From assembly GCA_964016885.1 (NCBI GenBank), contig OZ024741.1, positions 121,582,001 through 121,646,000 of the forward strand: a DNA stretch of 64,000 nt, given 5' to 3'. Position 1 is the first letter of the stretch, and the number at the start of each line of letters is the position of its first letter. The notes below the pieces were generated by a model. It ran no database searches. It was not told the DNA's origin and saw nothing but the letters and a program-made list of their open reading frames with translations. Shown here piece by piece: positions 14,510 to 27,699 of this stretch. Source of the stretch: Eledone cirrhosa. Taxonomy: Eukaryota. Position numbers and translations under genes: made by a program.

Positions 14510-14900
14510 CTATAATTGTGGTTTGCAGCTCTGTCCTTGTCAACCATTCTTTGGAAGGCCATGAATTTCACTTCAAAATTAGAAATAACTTCTCGTGCAA
14601 CTCGGAAAACTTAATTTATGTCATAACCTGCCGAGGTTGTCATGAAGATTATGTAGGAGAGACGGGGATGACACTCAGATAAAGAATGACAGTCCATAGG
14701 CAGAAAATCAGAATCCCGTATACTAGAAAGATCCCTCTCTAAGCAAACTTATGGAAGAATGCGGAGGCAAACCGCTACCAAATTTCGATGTTTTCCCATT
14801 GTACCAAAGTATTTATGAAATCATAAAACAAGGTAGAATTAATAAAGAGAAAATCTTTATCAGAAAATTCAAACCGAGATTGAATACACTTGCAACATAA
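14510..14900 (+). mobile_element. Decayed PLE GIY-YIG endonuclease fragment
   Basis: Manual translation FKIRNNFSCNSENLIYVITCRGCHEDYVGETGMTLR*RMTVHRQKI...EKIFIRKFKPRLN. Confidence 0.8.
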
Positions 14901-15217
14901 CTTTTCAACACTAAAGGATGGTAGAGTTACGCCCCTTGTCACATATTAAAACTCATAAGCGACAACGAAAACATCCGGTGTATCCCTTATTTTAGGAAGG
15001 ACAGAAGCGACCCAAACTAATATGGTCGAGAATCAGCATGTAAGAGTTCTAACGAGAAAAAACAATTCCACCTAATAATAAATGTTTTGATAATCCAGCA
15101 CGGAGAAAGCGAACTTTGCTAAACAACATCAATTTTTGTACATGTTATAAAGATCTTTTATATATATACCAGGTGCGCTTTTCAAACCATTTTTTATTAA
15201 CATTTTCCTTATATAAC

Positions 15218-15400
15218 GGTTTCTACTTTTGGCACCAGGCCAGCAATTATCCCAGTGCGTTACTGGTACTTTATTTTATCGACCCCGTAAGGATGAAAGG
15301 CAAAGTCAACCTCGGCGGGATTTGAACTCAGATCGTAAAGGGACGTAACTATGCTGGAAAGCATGGCGTCCGACCCTCTACCGATACTGCCAATCCACCG
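15218..15400 (-). mobile_element. tRNA-derived SINE (family also at ~12942-13053, 25727-25906, 27016-27231, 27493-27700, 31840-31996, 32872-33256, 44066-44283, 63640-63782)
   Basis: Recurring GAGTTCAAATCCCGCCGAGGTTGACTTTGCCTTTCATCC..GGGGTCGATAAAATAAAGTACCAG body with a B-box-like motif; about ten dispersed copies. Confidence 0.85.
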
Positions 15401-16064
15401 TTTCCTTATATAACGTGATCTGAACAGGATGTTTACTAACGTTCACAATTCTTTTCACTATATATCTATATACATATATATCTACATATTTAATGTCGCT
15501 ACTCTTACCTTCTATTGAATATTATTACTGAAGCATTAAGGGCGTGGTCCGGGTCAATACAAAACAGTGCTCTGTATTTTGCAACCTTATTCTGTGCTTC
15601 AAAGCTCGGAGTACGAGAGCACTTTTATATTTCATCCAACTGTAGTTAATGAAATAAGATTTTCTTGAGCCTTCAACGGCTCCGATAACGAACGTTCGAT
15701 TTGTTTGACCATCAGAAAGTATGCTCGTAATATTATCGTGCAAGTGGCTGAATATTCCACAGTCACGTACCTTTAATGTAATTCTCAGCAAAATTCAGCG
15801 TAAACAATGCGACAAAGCTGAGCCTTAGAAATACAAATACAGCTTATTTTTTACCGCTGAGAGGACTGGAGCAACATGAAATAAAGTTTTGCTCATGGAC
15901 ACAACCTTCCACCTAGGAATTGAACTTACGGTCTTACGATTGTTAGTCGAACACCCTAACCACCAAGCCTCCCGCCCTCACGTGAAATAAGTATCAATAC
16001 AAATATCTAAGAGAGTTTATAGAGCTCAATAAACAACCGAAGTTATTGACACTTAAGCTCTCAA

Positions 16065-16220
16065 CCATATGGTTAAGAGGTTCGCTTCACAATCATTAGC
16101 TCCCAGGTTCTATCCTACTGCATGGCATCTTGGGCAAGTGACAATTACCGTAGCCTCATGTCAACTCATGCCTTGTGAGTAAAACTGGGAAGACGGAAAC
16201 TGTTTGGAAACCCATCGTTA
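16065..16220 (+). mobile_element. Second tRNA-derived SINE family (copy at ~60095-60265)
   Basis: TGGTTAAGA..TTCGCTTC..GGTTC..TCC.ACTGC.TGGCA..TTGGGCAAGTG head shared by both copies. Confidence 0.7.
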
Positions 16221-16629
16221 CACTGTCACGATGAATCTCACTGAGAATTACGTTAATGATACACTTGTCTGTGGAATGTTCATCTTAGCCCTGTAAACGT
16301 TGATCCAGTCCTTTCAGTGTGAAAAATAAGCTGTATATGTAATATCATGAACAGGTTGATCCACTCATCACACAACTGGAATATGTATCGTCTAAACTGA
16401 AGGAAGTCCATTCTATACAAACTCTCATAGATTTTAATATCATTCTTGCCGGCGGCGCAGAACCTCACCAGCTGTTTTGGATTCAACATTTGACTCATAC
16501 TTTTCACTGATTAGTCATTGAGAAAGGCACAGTGTCCATGATCCTTTCCAAAGCATCCTGGGACTGGTAAGAGGGAGAGACCAAGACATTCTAAAACCGG
16601 AAAACTGATTCCAATGTTTGCAATAGAGT

Positions 16630-16900
16630 TCTTCTTCTTCTTCTTCTTCTTCTTCTTCTTCTTCTTCTTCTTCTTCTTCTTCTTCTTCTTCTTCTTCTTC
16701 TTCTTCCACTTATTCTTGAGGGGGTCGTTTGGATAAATTCCTCAAGCAGCCCTTCCAGCGGTTCCTGTCAGAAGCAACCCTCTCCAAATGATCTAGCTGG
16801 ATCCCCAAGCGGATCAACCGAGCTAATGGATGTTATTCACCCATCTCGCTCGGGGTCTACCTCTAGGTCTTCTTCCTACTGGTTTGACCCCGTAAAATCT
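16630..16900 (-). mobile_element. RTE LINE 3' end with (GAA)n tail (also + strand 28290-28571 and ~9650-9781; stub at 6730-6880)
   Basis: KPVGRRPRGRPRARW motif; common end ..AATAAGTGG(GAA)n. Confidence 0.8.
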
Positions 16901-17545
16901 GTCCAGTACTGGAGTGGATTTAATTGACATTTTCCTCCCCAAAATTGCTGGCCTTGTGTCTAAATCAGAAACCACTAGTTCAAATCCTGTCCTGTTCATC
17001 TTTGCCATTCACCATTCCGGAGTCGATAAAAGAAATATCTAGGCAAATACTGCAGTCGATTTAATCGACTTTCCCCCCACCCCTTGCCTAAATCACAAAC
17101 CATTATTAATTATACAAAGGATGGTTTATGATGTAATCATTCGATCATCGGACAAAATGTGTTTAAGTTTCGAGCCATGCCTCTTTAAAAGCAGGTCAAC
17201 TTTGCTTTTCATCCTTTCAAGTTCGGTAAAATAAGTCTGCGTTGTGTAATGTGAAGCGGCGTTGATCTTACAAACATGATGTCATGGGTTTAATTCATGA
17301 GCAAAACATTTTATTTCATGTTGCTGCAGTTTATTCAGCTGGAAATGAGTAGCAGCAGTAGTTGGAATGAACGCCTCTAAACGCCAATGAAACCGGGGTA
17401 AGCAATGGCCTGGTGAGAATCCTGGCTTGGGGTAAACTGCTTTTGTGTAATGTATATTGTATTTTTGGATAAGATATTGCTGAAAAGACGGGTTAGCCAT
17501 GGGAGGAATGATTTGGTTCACACGTCTGTTTATATGCGGCTAAAC

Positions 17546-17672
<127 letters not shown>

Positions 17673-17869
17673 ACACATATAACCGACTTGTTGTAATAGT
17701 AGAGGTGGTGATGAATTTGCATGTACAGGGAATAGTGAGGAAACACCTACAAGAGAGAGAAAGAGAAAGAAAGGGGGAGAGGTGTAGGGGGAGCAGAGAG
17801 ACAGTTGACGACAAAGGCAGCTACAGAGAGGAAAGAGAGCGTGAACGAGACGCAGTGACAGATGGAGGA

Positions 17870-18038
17870 AAGTAGGTTGCAAAATAGGGGCAAAGAGGAA
17901 GGTGGAGAGAGAGAGGCAAAGAGCGCGAGAGAGAGGCAAAGAGTGAGAAAGAGAGGCAGAGAGAGAGCGAGAGCGAGGGAGAGAGTGAGAGAGGGAGGCA
18001 GGGGCAAACAGAAAGAGAGTGAGTGGAAGAGAGAGGGA

Positions 18039-18070
<32 letters not shown>
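17870..18070 (+). repeat. ~200-bp GA-rich segment duplicated at 28637-28835
   Basis: Both start AAAGTAGGTTGCAAAAT..GGGGCAAAGAGGAAGGTGG and share the irregular GA pattern. Confidence 0.8.
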
Positions 18071-18131
<61 letters not shown>

Positions 18132-18894
18132 AACGTGAGTAAGAGAGAATGAAAAAGAGAGAACGTGAGTAAGAGAGAATGAAAAAGAGAGAATGAAAGA
18201 GAGAGAATGAAAAAGAGAAATGAAAGAGAAAGGAAAGATAGAACGCGAGAACGGCAGAGAAAAGGGAGAGAGATGGTTAGATGTTATTTTTTATTTAGCT
18301 CTTTCTAAACTGTCTTTTAAAGAAAAACACAATACAACAAAATAGGATAAAACAAAAGAAATAAAACAAAATAAGATATAAAATAAAATATACATATTAA
18401 TTCTGCTGTACTTTTAACAGTGGTCAGATTTGTGGTGGTGTACCAGAGAATATCTCCCTTGTAAGTCGTCAACCTAACAATTACGTAACAAAAACAAACT
18501 AAAAAGGGCGAGTAGCAAGTAACTTAGTCAAAACATTAATTATAGTTTATTGTCAGTAATACAAATGGACAGAGAATTACTCGTGTGTGAAAAGTTATGC
18601 GGGGGATGGGAAAATATTCCTGTTTTGTTTTTGTTTAGCTTTTTTTTTTTTTTTGCTTTCTTTGATGTTGATGTTGTTGTTTTAGTGAACCCAAACGCAT
18701 GTACCTCCTCTCTGACACTATCTCTCTGAAATCCACTCAAGCCTAACTGTCACTGAGGACAGCCAGACCTAATGTTTCACTCTTCCAGTGTATATATATA
18801 TATATATGTATGTATATATAAATATAGAGAAATGAATGTAACGAAGAAGCCAACAGTAATTCAGACATATAAGTGACTATTATATATATATATA

Positions 18895-19082
18895 TAGGAA
18901 AATGTTTAACCCCGACAGCAGAGCTCAAGTCGTTTCGAACGCTATTTCTGGACTGAAATAGCCGTCGAACGGCCTGAACTCTGCCGTCGGGGTTACACAT
19001 TTTCCTATTACCAACTCTACTACCCTAAGTATTGAGTACTCTGGTGCGTTATGGTATATCTGGTTCCTTACCACACCTCCTT

Positions 19083-19086
<4 letters not shown>
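18895..19086 (+). mobile_element. PLE terminal remnant, second copy of the 645-838 family
   Basis: Imperfect palindrome 18895-19007 plus tail containing TGAGTACTCT; (TA)n flanks; shorter pieces at ~8108-8130, 12080-12138, 23520-23577. Confidence 0.75.
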
Positions 19087-19128
<42 letters not shown>

Positions 19129-19134
<6 letters not shown>

Positions 19135-19800
19135 AAAAAGGGATGAAATCGAAAATGCAACTGAAGTCTTATTTTTTTTAAAAAATATATATATTTATTT
19201 GGTTCCTTTACCGGTTTCGCAGTTCTTCTGCTTTTCAAAAGGTGAGTTGAGATGGAGGGTCTGTGGTTTTTCTCACATCTGCTTGGTCTCTGAATGTTAC
19301 TTGTTTTATATGGAAAAAGTGGCTCGAAATTCCAGGTTTTTCGAGAAGTAATTTGATTGGTTTGTCAATAATTAAAATAAATTTCGCGCCAGTTCGCGTT
19401 ACAATAGTTCTTCACATAAAAGAGGGGGGGGGGGGTTGTCACAGGTTGTTTTTTCATATATGAGTGTTTGAATTTCTTTTTACTTGAAAAAAGGAGGCTC
19501 ACGAAGGCTAAAAAGAAATTCAAACACTCATATATGAAAAAACAACCTGTGACAACCTCCCCCTCTCTTATTTGAAGAACTATTGTAACGCGAACTGGCG
19601 CGAAATTTATTATAATTATTGACAAACCAATCAAATTACTTCTCGAAAAACCTGGAATTTAGAGCCACTTTTTCCATATAAAACAAGTAACATTCAGAGA
19701 CCAACCAGATGTGAGAAAAACCACAGACCCTCCATCTCAACTCACCTTTTGAAAAGCAGAAGAACTGCAAAACCGGTAAAGGAACCAAATAAATATATAT

Positions 19801-19842
<42 letters not shown>

Positions 19843-19942
19843 CTTCAGTTGCATTTTCGATTTCATCCCTTTTTCTTTATACTTTCACTCGTGTAGGACA
19901 CCTCGGTTATTTTTCATTTTGTAAAAAAAACCTCACTTTCTA
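19129..19942 (+). mobile_element. ~750-bp fold-back (arms ~355-370 bp, 26-nt spacer) plus ~60-bp tail, with a hammerhead in each arm
   Basis: 19129-19482 vs 19509-19880 inverted; (TA)n flanks. Confidence 0.8.
19205..19242 (-). ncRNA. Minimal hammerhead with U3:A8 covariant core
   Basis: cctt TTGAAAA gcag-aagaa-ctgc GAAA ccgg TA aagg; mirror copy 19745-19782 has G12A. Confidence 0.78.
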
Positions 19943-19961
19943 ATATATATATATATATATA

Positions 19962-21913
19962 TACGATATTAAATAAATGGAAACTATATTTATAAAACCA
20001 TATTTATTTCATTATATATATTTCAGGGATATCATATTAACTCAGACAAAATACAATATAGACAGTTTTATAGATAGTTTTATAGATAAATAGATTTGAC
20101 ATACCGTTCAACATCGACTTGTATTTGAAAAGTTGATTTGGCAGTGAAAAAATTGTAAACAGAAAGAAAAAAAGAGAGAAAGAAGGAAAGAAAGAAAAGA
20201 AAGAAAGAAAACGAAGAAAAAGAAGAAAAAGAAGAAATGCATGTAACAAAATAGAGAGATGGAAAGATAGATAAAGAGAAGAACTTCATGTAAAGAAATC
20301 TAAAAATTCCCTTAATCTATGGACAAATTTATTCAGTTGCTGCAAACATAGATTAAACTCAACTTTTAAATATAAATTTAAATTTAAAATGTAGTATATT
20401 TAGTTTGATTTATAATTATTTGGGAAACTAGCCGATAAATCTTTCGATTTCTTCTTTTTATTCTTCTTATTTTTATTTAAACATTCTTCATGAAAAATTA
20501 AACTACCCTAAAAGTTGATGCTCCAAATATTTCGAATAAACGTTACACTAGATAAACTTCTATATTAAATATAAGAACACATGTAGACCAAATGGGCATC
20601 CTAAACTTTTTGAAATGTTTTTTGCTAGACGCGATTTGATAAATAATTTTTAGCTTTATCTGTTTTCGACTCTGATGCTTATAATGAACTTGGCAATATA
20701 TTGTCAATTAATTTTGAAGGGTTGATCTTTGTGGTTTATTTTTATTGTAGTATTTTCTAATATTTTTATTTTTAATATGTAATATTTTTTCGTAATATTT
20801 TTTAGTTTTCTATTTTATTATTATTTATTATTATTATTGTTATTATTTTTTTGTTTTTGTTTCTGATATTTTTTATTAATATATTGAAATCTGTTCTCTA
20901 TTTCTGCTTGATAGATAATCATGTGGAGTAAAGACAAGAATAGTATTGTTAAAATTAATATAGACTCTATATATATGTGTATATATATACACATATATGT
21001 ATACTTAAATTTTTATAGCACAATGTGAATGTTCTCCATGTGAAATTGGGATTTGCAGAGTTGTTCACGTAAATTCACATCGATGTTTGTAGTTATCATA
21101 TAAACATATGAATTTTTAAAACTAAACATAAGATCATTACTTTTCACACATTATGGATACGTGTCTCATTCAGGAATACTGATATTTACATTATAGTGCC
21201 TGGTTTTTATACATACTAATACTTCTACATTAAAACATAGGGTTTTTATGCCTCGCCTATGTCTGGTTACTTTTCATTTTTCTCTCTATATAACAGCTGG
21301 TTTCTCTCCTAACCACATATATCTCCCTTACATTAATACTAGAGCTAAATAAATAAATAAATAAATAAATAAATGTATCATTGATACGTTTATTCAACGG
21401 ATGTCCAACTACCCACTTTTCTCTATATATATCTATCTCTATCTATTTCCTCTCTCTATATATATCTCTCTCTGTTTCTTTACATGAAGTTCTTCTCTTT
21501 ATCTATCTTTCCATCTCTCTATTTTGTTTACATGCATTTCTTCTTTTTCTTCTTTTTCTTCGTTTTCTTTCTTTCTTTTCTTTCTTTCCTTCTTTCTCTC
21601 TTTTTTTCTTTCTGTTTACAATTTTTTCACTGCCAAATCAACTTTTCAAATACAAGTCGATGTTGAACGGTATGTCAAATCTATTTATCTATAAAACTAT
21701 CTATAAAACTGTCTATATTGTATTTTGTCTGAGGAAGGCATAGCATATTGTTAATATGATATCCCTGAAATATTTATGAAATAAATATGGTTTTATAAAT
21801 ATAGTTTCCATTTATTTAATATCGTAAATATACTCCAAATACTTGTTGAGTGCTTTTATATCAGTTATAAATATTTACTAGTTGTAACCCAACAATTTAA
21901 ATATAACTTTCCA
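19962..21913 (+). mobile_element. PLE-type remnant: ~340-bp inverted repeats around a 1.2-kb AT-rich interior, plus ~87-bp tail; hammerhead at 21721-21783
   Basis: 19962-20298 vs 21475-21826 inverted; tattttgt CTGAGGA agg..cct GAAA tat TT atgaaata; no recognisable coding sequence inside. Confidence 0.7.
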
Positions 21914-21951
21914 TATATATATATATATATATTTATTATATATATATATAT

Positions 21952-22063
21952 AAACGGAAAAAATGAAACGAAATTTCATTTCCCACTCTTAGTACGGCTG
22001 TTACTTAAATATAAGTATGTACACGTACATACATATGCGAGTATGTATACAGACGTACAGTAG

Positions 22064-22113
<50 letters not shown>

Positions 22114-22929
22114 TATATATATGTACGTATGGATTCACCGAACATACATTTATTATAATGCTCGGTGTATTTGTAAACAAATATCCCGAATTAAGCCGTA
22201 CAGGGTCTAGCAACCATCGCTGCTCATTTGTTCAACACTGACAAAGGAACGCTGTACTAGTTTCAAGCTTATTAGCTATCGTCAGCAACGTATACCTTCC
22301 TGCCAGATGATTGAACGTTTGAAAGTATATACTTTCCTTATGCATATTAACGCTGTACTAGTTTCATACTAAGGTATACGTTGCTGACGATAGCCAATAA
22401 GCTTGAAACTAGTACTGCGTTCCTTTGTCAGTGTTGAACAAATGAGCAACGATTGTTGCCAGACACTGTACGGCTTATTTCGGGATGTTTGTTTCAAACA
22501 CACCGACCATTATAATAAATGTTCGGTGAATCCATACGTACATATATATATGTGTGCATGTATGTATATATATATACATACTACTGTACGTCTGTATACA
22601 TATATGTATGTACGTATACATACTTTTATTTAAGTAACAGCCGTACTAAGAGTGAGAAATGAAATTTCGTTTCATTTTTTCCGTTTATCGTTTTCGGTAC
22701 CCCGGCCGATTAACTCACTCGATATGCAAATTAGGCTGCTCAGCCGTTAATATGCATAAGGAAAGTATATACTTTCAGACGTTCAATCATCTGGCAGGAA
22801 GGTATACGGTGCTGACGATAGCTAATAAGCTTGAAACTAGTACAGCGTTCCTTTGTCAGTGTTGAACAAACGAGCAACGATGGTTGCTAGACACTGTACG
22901 GCTTAATTCGGGATGTTTGTTTACAAATA
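21952..22929. mobile_element. Non-coding hammerhead-bearing repeat: one inverted and ~1.3 tandem units of a 428-nt monomer
   Basis: Hammerheads at 22250-22290 (-), 22379-22419 (+), 22807-22847 (+); 21952-22351 is the reverse complement of the unit. Confidence 0.85.
22250..22290 (-). ncRNA. Canonical-core minimal hammerhead ribozyme
   Basis: cgttg CTGACGA t-agct-aata-agct-t GAAA ctag TA cagcg; GUA site; palindromic stem III. Confidence 0.88.
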
Positions 22930-23212
22930 TATATATATATATATACATATATGAATATACATAAACATATACACACACACGTCTGGCTGAGTGGTTAGAG
23001 AATTGGAATGCAATCGTGAATTCGATTCCAGGATGGGGCGATGCGTTATGTCCTCTAGCAAGACACCTTATTTCACGTTGCTCTTTCTGCCAGGAGTTGA
23101 AACCAGCAGATAGTAATGGAAAAAACAATGGAAACATTGTTTCCTTGTTCCGACTTGACGAGTTCTACCCTTCTATGTAAGCGGATGAGGTCTGGGATCT
23201 TGTCCATACACA

Positions 23213-23260
<48 letters not shown>

Positions 23261-23306
23261 ATATGGAAAACGAAGAATCCGTGATGCATCGAAACACAAT
23301 TTAATA

Positions 23307-23399
23307 ACCTATTACAATTGTTTCTCCGGCGAACAGCTCGAGGTACGATCTATTTGTGGTTCGCACCTGACTCTGGATTCGCAAGTTCCTCAGATACGT
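23307..23399 (-). ncRNA. Hammerhead motif with 62-nt stem II insert
   Basis: acgtat CTGAGGA a-cttgcgaa..aggtgcga..tcgtacct..ttcgccgg-a GAAA caattg TA ataggt. Confidence 0.7.
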
Positions 23400-23894
23400 C
23401 TAGCGACTTCGAAGCAAACCCTCTGCTCTGAAGGAGCATAGAGTTCTCAACCAGCATACCGCCTATGGAAGCATCCGAGCAACCTTACCACAAATATATA
23501 TTTATATATGGCTTAGTTCGGATCTAGCTGTCGAAACGGCCGGAGCTCAGTCGTCGGGGTCCTGACTCTTTTCCTATATATATATGTGTGTGTGTATGTG
23601 TGTGTTGTATGTGTGTGTGTTGTGTGTGTGTGTGTGTGTGTGTTGTGTGTGTGTATGTGTGTTGTGTGTGTGTGTCTTTATGACGGAAGTAGAATTTATT
23701 TACTCACCAATCCAATACTCATCATGCCCTTTTTTCTTGACTGCTGACGAAATATCCATATTTGTCCAATAATCATCTATCGTAACCAAATTGGACTGGA
23801 GGCTAAAACATTGGAGAAATACATGAGAATAAGACAATCCTACCAAATTGGACTGGGGTGGTTAAAACATGACAAGGAATTTTATTTCACTCTC

Positions 23895-24180
23895 GAGTCT
23901 CAGGCCCACCAATGTGATGTCTCCGCCCTCGTCTTTTATGCTGCTAATATTATCCAGTCTTTGACCTACAGATGTGATATCTCTCCCTCGTCTTTTCTAC
24001 TGTTAATACCCAGTCTTTGACCAACCAATGTACTGTCCCCTCCCTCGTCTTTTCTACTGTTAATACCTAGTCTTTGAGCTACAGATGTGATATCCCTCCC
24101 TCGTCTTTTATAATGTTATACACAATCTTTGACCAACCGATGTACTGTTCCTGCCCTCGTCTTTTCTACTGTTAATACAA
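23895..24180. repeat. Minisatellite, ~57-bp unit x5
   Basis: CCCTCGTCTTTTCTACTGTTAATAC..AGTCTTTGACC recurs at ~57-nt spacing. Confidence 0.85.
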
Positions 24181-24664
24181 CGGAGGTGGTTTGTTTGTCT
24201 CATGCTACCACTACTGAAACATTCCTGTATTACTGGCCTCTCTTTCTCTATCATCCCCCATGTTCTATCCAGCACCCCCGATCTCACTGATCCTACACTA
24301 ACCACTACGCCAAGACATTCCTTCCCAGAACCTGCCCTCTTCTGTTCACTGTATATATCTTCCCCAACGGAGTAGACCTGCGTCAATTTAAACAGAACAA
24401 CAACTGCATCGGTCTCTTCAATCTTCGAAAGTGTGTGAAGGCCAAGGACACTGCTCCTTTTTCCAGGGTTACCAAAAAACAAGAACAATAGTAGTTACGA
24501 ATAAAATATATAGCAGCCGCTGATCACTGTTATTCGACTGAACATCCGGTCATTGAATCAATATGTAAGAAGTTGAGTATTTCGCAAACGCGATTACCTT
24601 CAACGTAACTACCAAGCCGAATTAGCGTGTCACAGTACGTTATAGTTATTGAGGAATAATAATA

Positions 24665-25144
24665 ATATATATTTATGTATTTGTTTTGTAAGATTCTTGA
24701 TGTGAAATCGTGTGTTGAAACATAAATTGTTATATCTGGGGACGGTTATTTTGCCAATTTTACCAATAAAAAACACATGCATCATTTATTTAACTTTCAC
24801 TTCACCTTTAATATTATTAGTTGTTGGTTATTTTGTTAAAGCACTTTCGTCGCACGTCTTGTGACCTCCTCAGTTACTATTTTTTCTTCTTCTCCGTGTC
24901 TTCTCTTCTTTCTGGTCTTATGTTTATTCCATCTTATCTTTATCCAGATGGAGTAAACAGAATAAGGCCAGAAAGAAGAAAAGAAACAGAGAAGAACAAA
25001 TAGTCATTGAGGAGGTCACAAAATATGTGACGAAAGAGCTTTAATAAAATAACCAACAACTAATAATAATAAAGTTGAAGTGAAAGTCAAATAGTGCGGA
25101 TTTTTTATTGGCAAAATTGGCAACGTGACCATCCCAAAATATAA
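24665..25144 (-). mobile_element. Older, diverged fold-back (24730-25144) with a hammerhead in each arm and a ~65-bp tail
   Basis: Minus 24835-24877 CTGAGGA g-gtcac..gac GAAA gtgc TT; plus 25003-25045 TTGAGGA..GAAA gagc TT; related motif at 41098-41140. Confidence 0.75.
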
Positions 25145-27699
25145 TCCTTATTGACGAACCATTTTGCATTAGAGATGGACTATTCACGAATTTGTTTGTT
25201 ACCTTTTACAAGAATAATCTGCCAAGTCCCAGGGCATTGCTTTGTCAACAATATGGTAACACATGTATCCAATATTGAACCATTCTGCAATTAGAAGTAA
25301 AGAAAAAAAAACCATTAGGATATTGTATTGCGTGTGTTAAACGGTGGTAAATTGACAACCGGAAGAACGTTGGCTAGATTCCTGTGTGGTATTCGTTTCG
25401 GCTCTCTGCAGTCTGAATTTAAATCCTGCCGAAGTGAACTTTACCCTTTATCCTTTTGGGGTTAATTCATAAAGTACTAGTCTCGTACTGGGGGGTCAAT
25501 TTTTCCTCTATATCTCTTTCTCATTTCCTATCTTCATTCTCTCTTCTTTCCTGGAAGAAATCAGTGTTCGGAGTTGGAGAGGAATGGGCTCCGAGTTTGA
25601 ACTATGGATTCAAAAGCCGCTAAACTTAACTTTAGCTTTCATTCCTTCGATAGAATAAAGTACTGGCCGAGAATTAGGGTCTATATAATATAATCGACTT
25701 TCTCCTTTCCTCAAAATTTCTGGTCGTGGATTGGCAGTATCAGTAGAGGGTCGGACGCCATGCTTTCCTGCATAGTTACATCCCTTTACGATCTGAGTTA
25801 AAATCCCGCCGAGGTTGAATTTGCCTTTCATCCTTACGGGGTCGATAAAATAAAGTACCAGTAATGCACTGGGTAATTGCTGGCCTTGTGCCTATAGTAG
25901 AGACAATTATGTATAGCTGTGTATGCGTTTGTGTATCTCTGTATGTACGTCTGCTGCGTGTGTGTATATGTGTGTCTATGCATATCAGTATATTTCTTTC
26001 TAAGTATATATATATTTTAGTTAGGTATGTAACAACAGTTACAGGCAAGCGCCGTACGAAGCACTCAATGCTGTTACGAGGTCCGTCTCATTTAGGGTGT
26101 ATTTCAGAGTTAAGGTGGCTGTAGTGCTCAGTGTGTAAATAGATTAAAAAGAATCGAAGTCAGTGTTGTAGCATATCTACAAACGTTATTGGCATATTAC
26201 AACCGACGGATGTCCATTCCGTAATTCTAAAGTACAGCCTTGTCATACGTTGTGCCACACTGATGTTTCCGCATAAGAATTACGTCAAGTGTATATGTGC
26301 CTCTGGAATGCTCAGCCCCTTATGCATTAATTAAAAAAGTCATACATTTAGCAATTGATCTAATCCCTTGAATACTCATCGTCGAAACGAGTAGAGTGAG
26401 TGGTATCGTCCTTAATTAGCGCTCATTGCACTACAGCTCATGCAAGTAATATATAGTTTATATGCTAGTTTATATATAGAATGATGTATATGATAAATAA
26501 CTATTTCATTTCACTTCAGTGATTATATCTTAACAAATATATAAACCCAACAATACTGCTCTCAATCATCCTCCTTTTTGTTTATATAAATGATACAAAA
26601 AAATCAACAAGTTCCCAGACCCAATTCTCTTACCAAGTGGAGTGGAACTCGTGAAATCGGACCAAGGAAACACTGTTTCCATTTATCTTTCCATTGCCGA
26701 TTTTATTTACGGGTCGCAACTCCTGTCAGAAAGCGCAACGTGAAATGAAATGTCTTGCTGAAGGCATAACGCAACGCCTCACCCAGTCGGGGAATCGAAT
26801 TTGCAACGTCACGATTGCGAATCCAATTCTTTAACCATTAAGGGTACTTTATAAATAGTATTTAAACTAAACATTGAGAATGTAGGTAAAGCACCATTAT
26901 TTTCAATCTCTACGTTTTGTGAAGAGGCGTAAAATTTTGTTTCCACAATAATGGTGCACTGAGATTATACATTGTTAAAATTTTTGAACTTTTTCATAAA
27001 TATTGGCGTTAAGAATGGTTTCTGATTTGGGCACCGGGTCAACAATTTAGGGGTAGGGGAAAGTCGATTAATCGACCCCAGTGGGTTACAGGTACTTTAT
27101 TTTATTGACCCCGTAAGAATGAAAGACAAAGCTAATCTCGGTGGGATTTGAACTCAGAACATAAAGGGCCGTAACACTATGCCGTGAAGCATGTTGTTGG
27201 ACGCCCTACCGATACTGCCAATCCACCGCCCTTTATTGACGTTAAGAATGACATGACAAATAGCCAAAATATTAATTACGTTAAACATACTTACGGAAGA
27301 AATAGACTTAAGGACTTTTATTTATATGTCTGACAAAGGGAGTGCTAATAATATCTTCTGTACCTTCTGAACCAATTAAAGTGTCAACACGTATACTATT
27401 TATTGTAGCATTAATATTTGACTTCTCAGCTGAACCAGAAACAGAAGTTGTAAAAATGGTACCTAATGACATTATTATAATTATTATTATTAAGGCGGTG
27501 GATTGGTAGTATTGGTAGACACCCTGCTTTACAGCATATAATTACGGCCCTTCACGTTCTGAGTTAAAATCCTGTCGAGGTTAACTTTGCCTTTCATCCT
27601 TACGAGGTCGATAAAATAAAGCACCAGTAATGCACTGAGGTCGATTTAATCGACTTTCCCCTCGCCTAAATTTCTGGCCTTGTGCCTATAGTAGAAGTC

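Noticed and set aside
23895-24180. CRISPR-like repeat-spacer pattern (also 35475-36035)
   Set aside because: The intervening parts are themselves repeated, the context is eukaryotic and there are no cas genes; these are minisatellites
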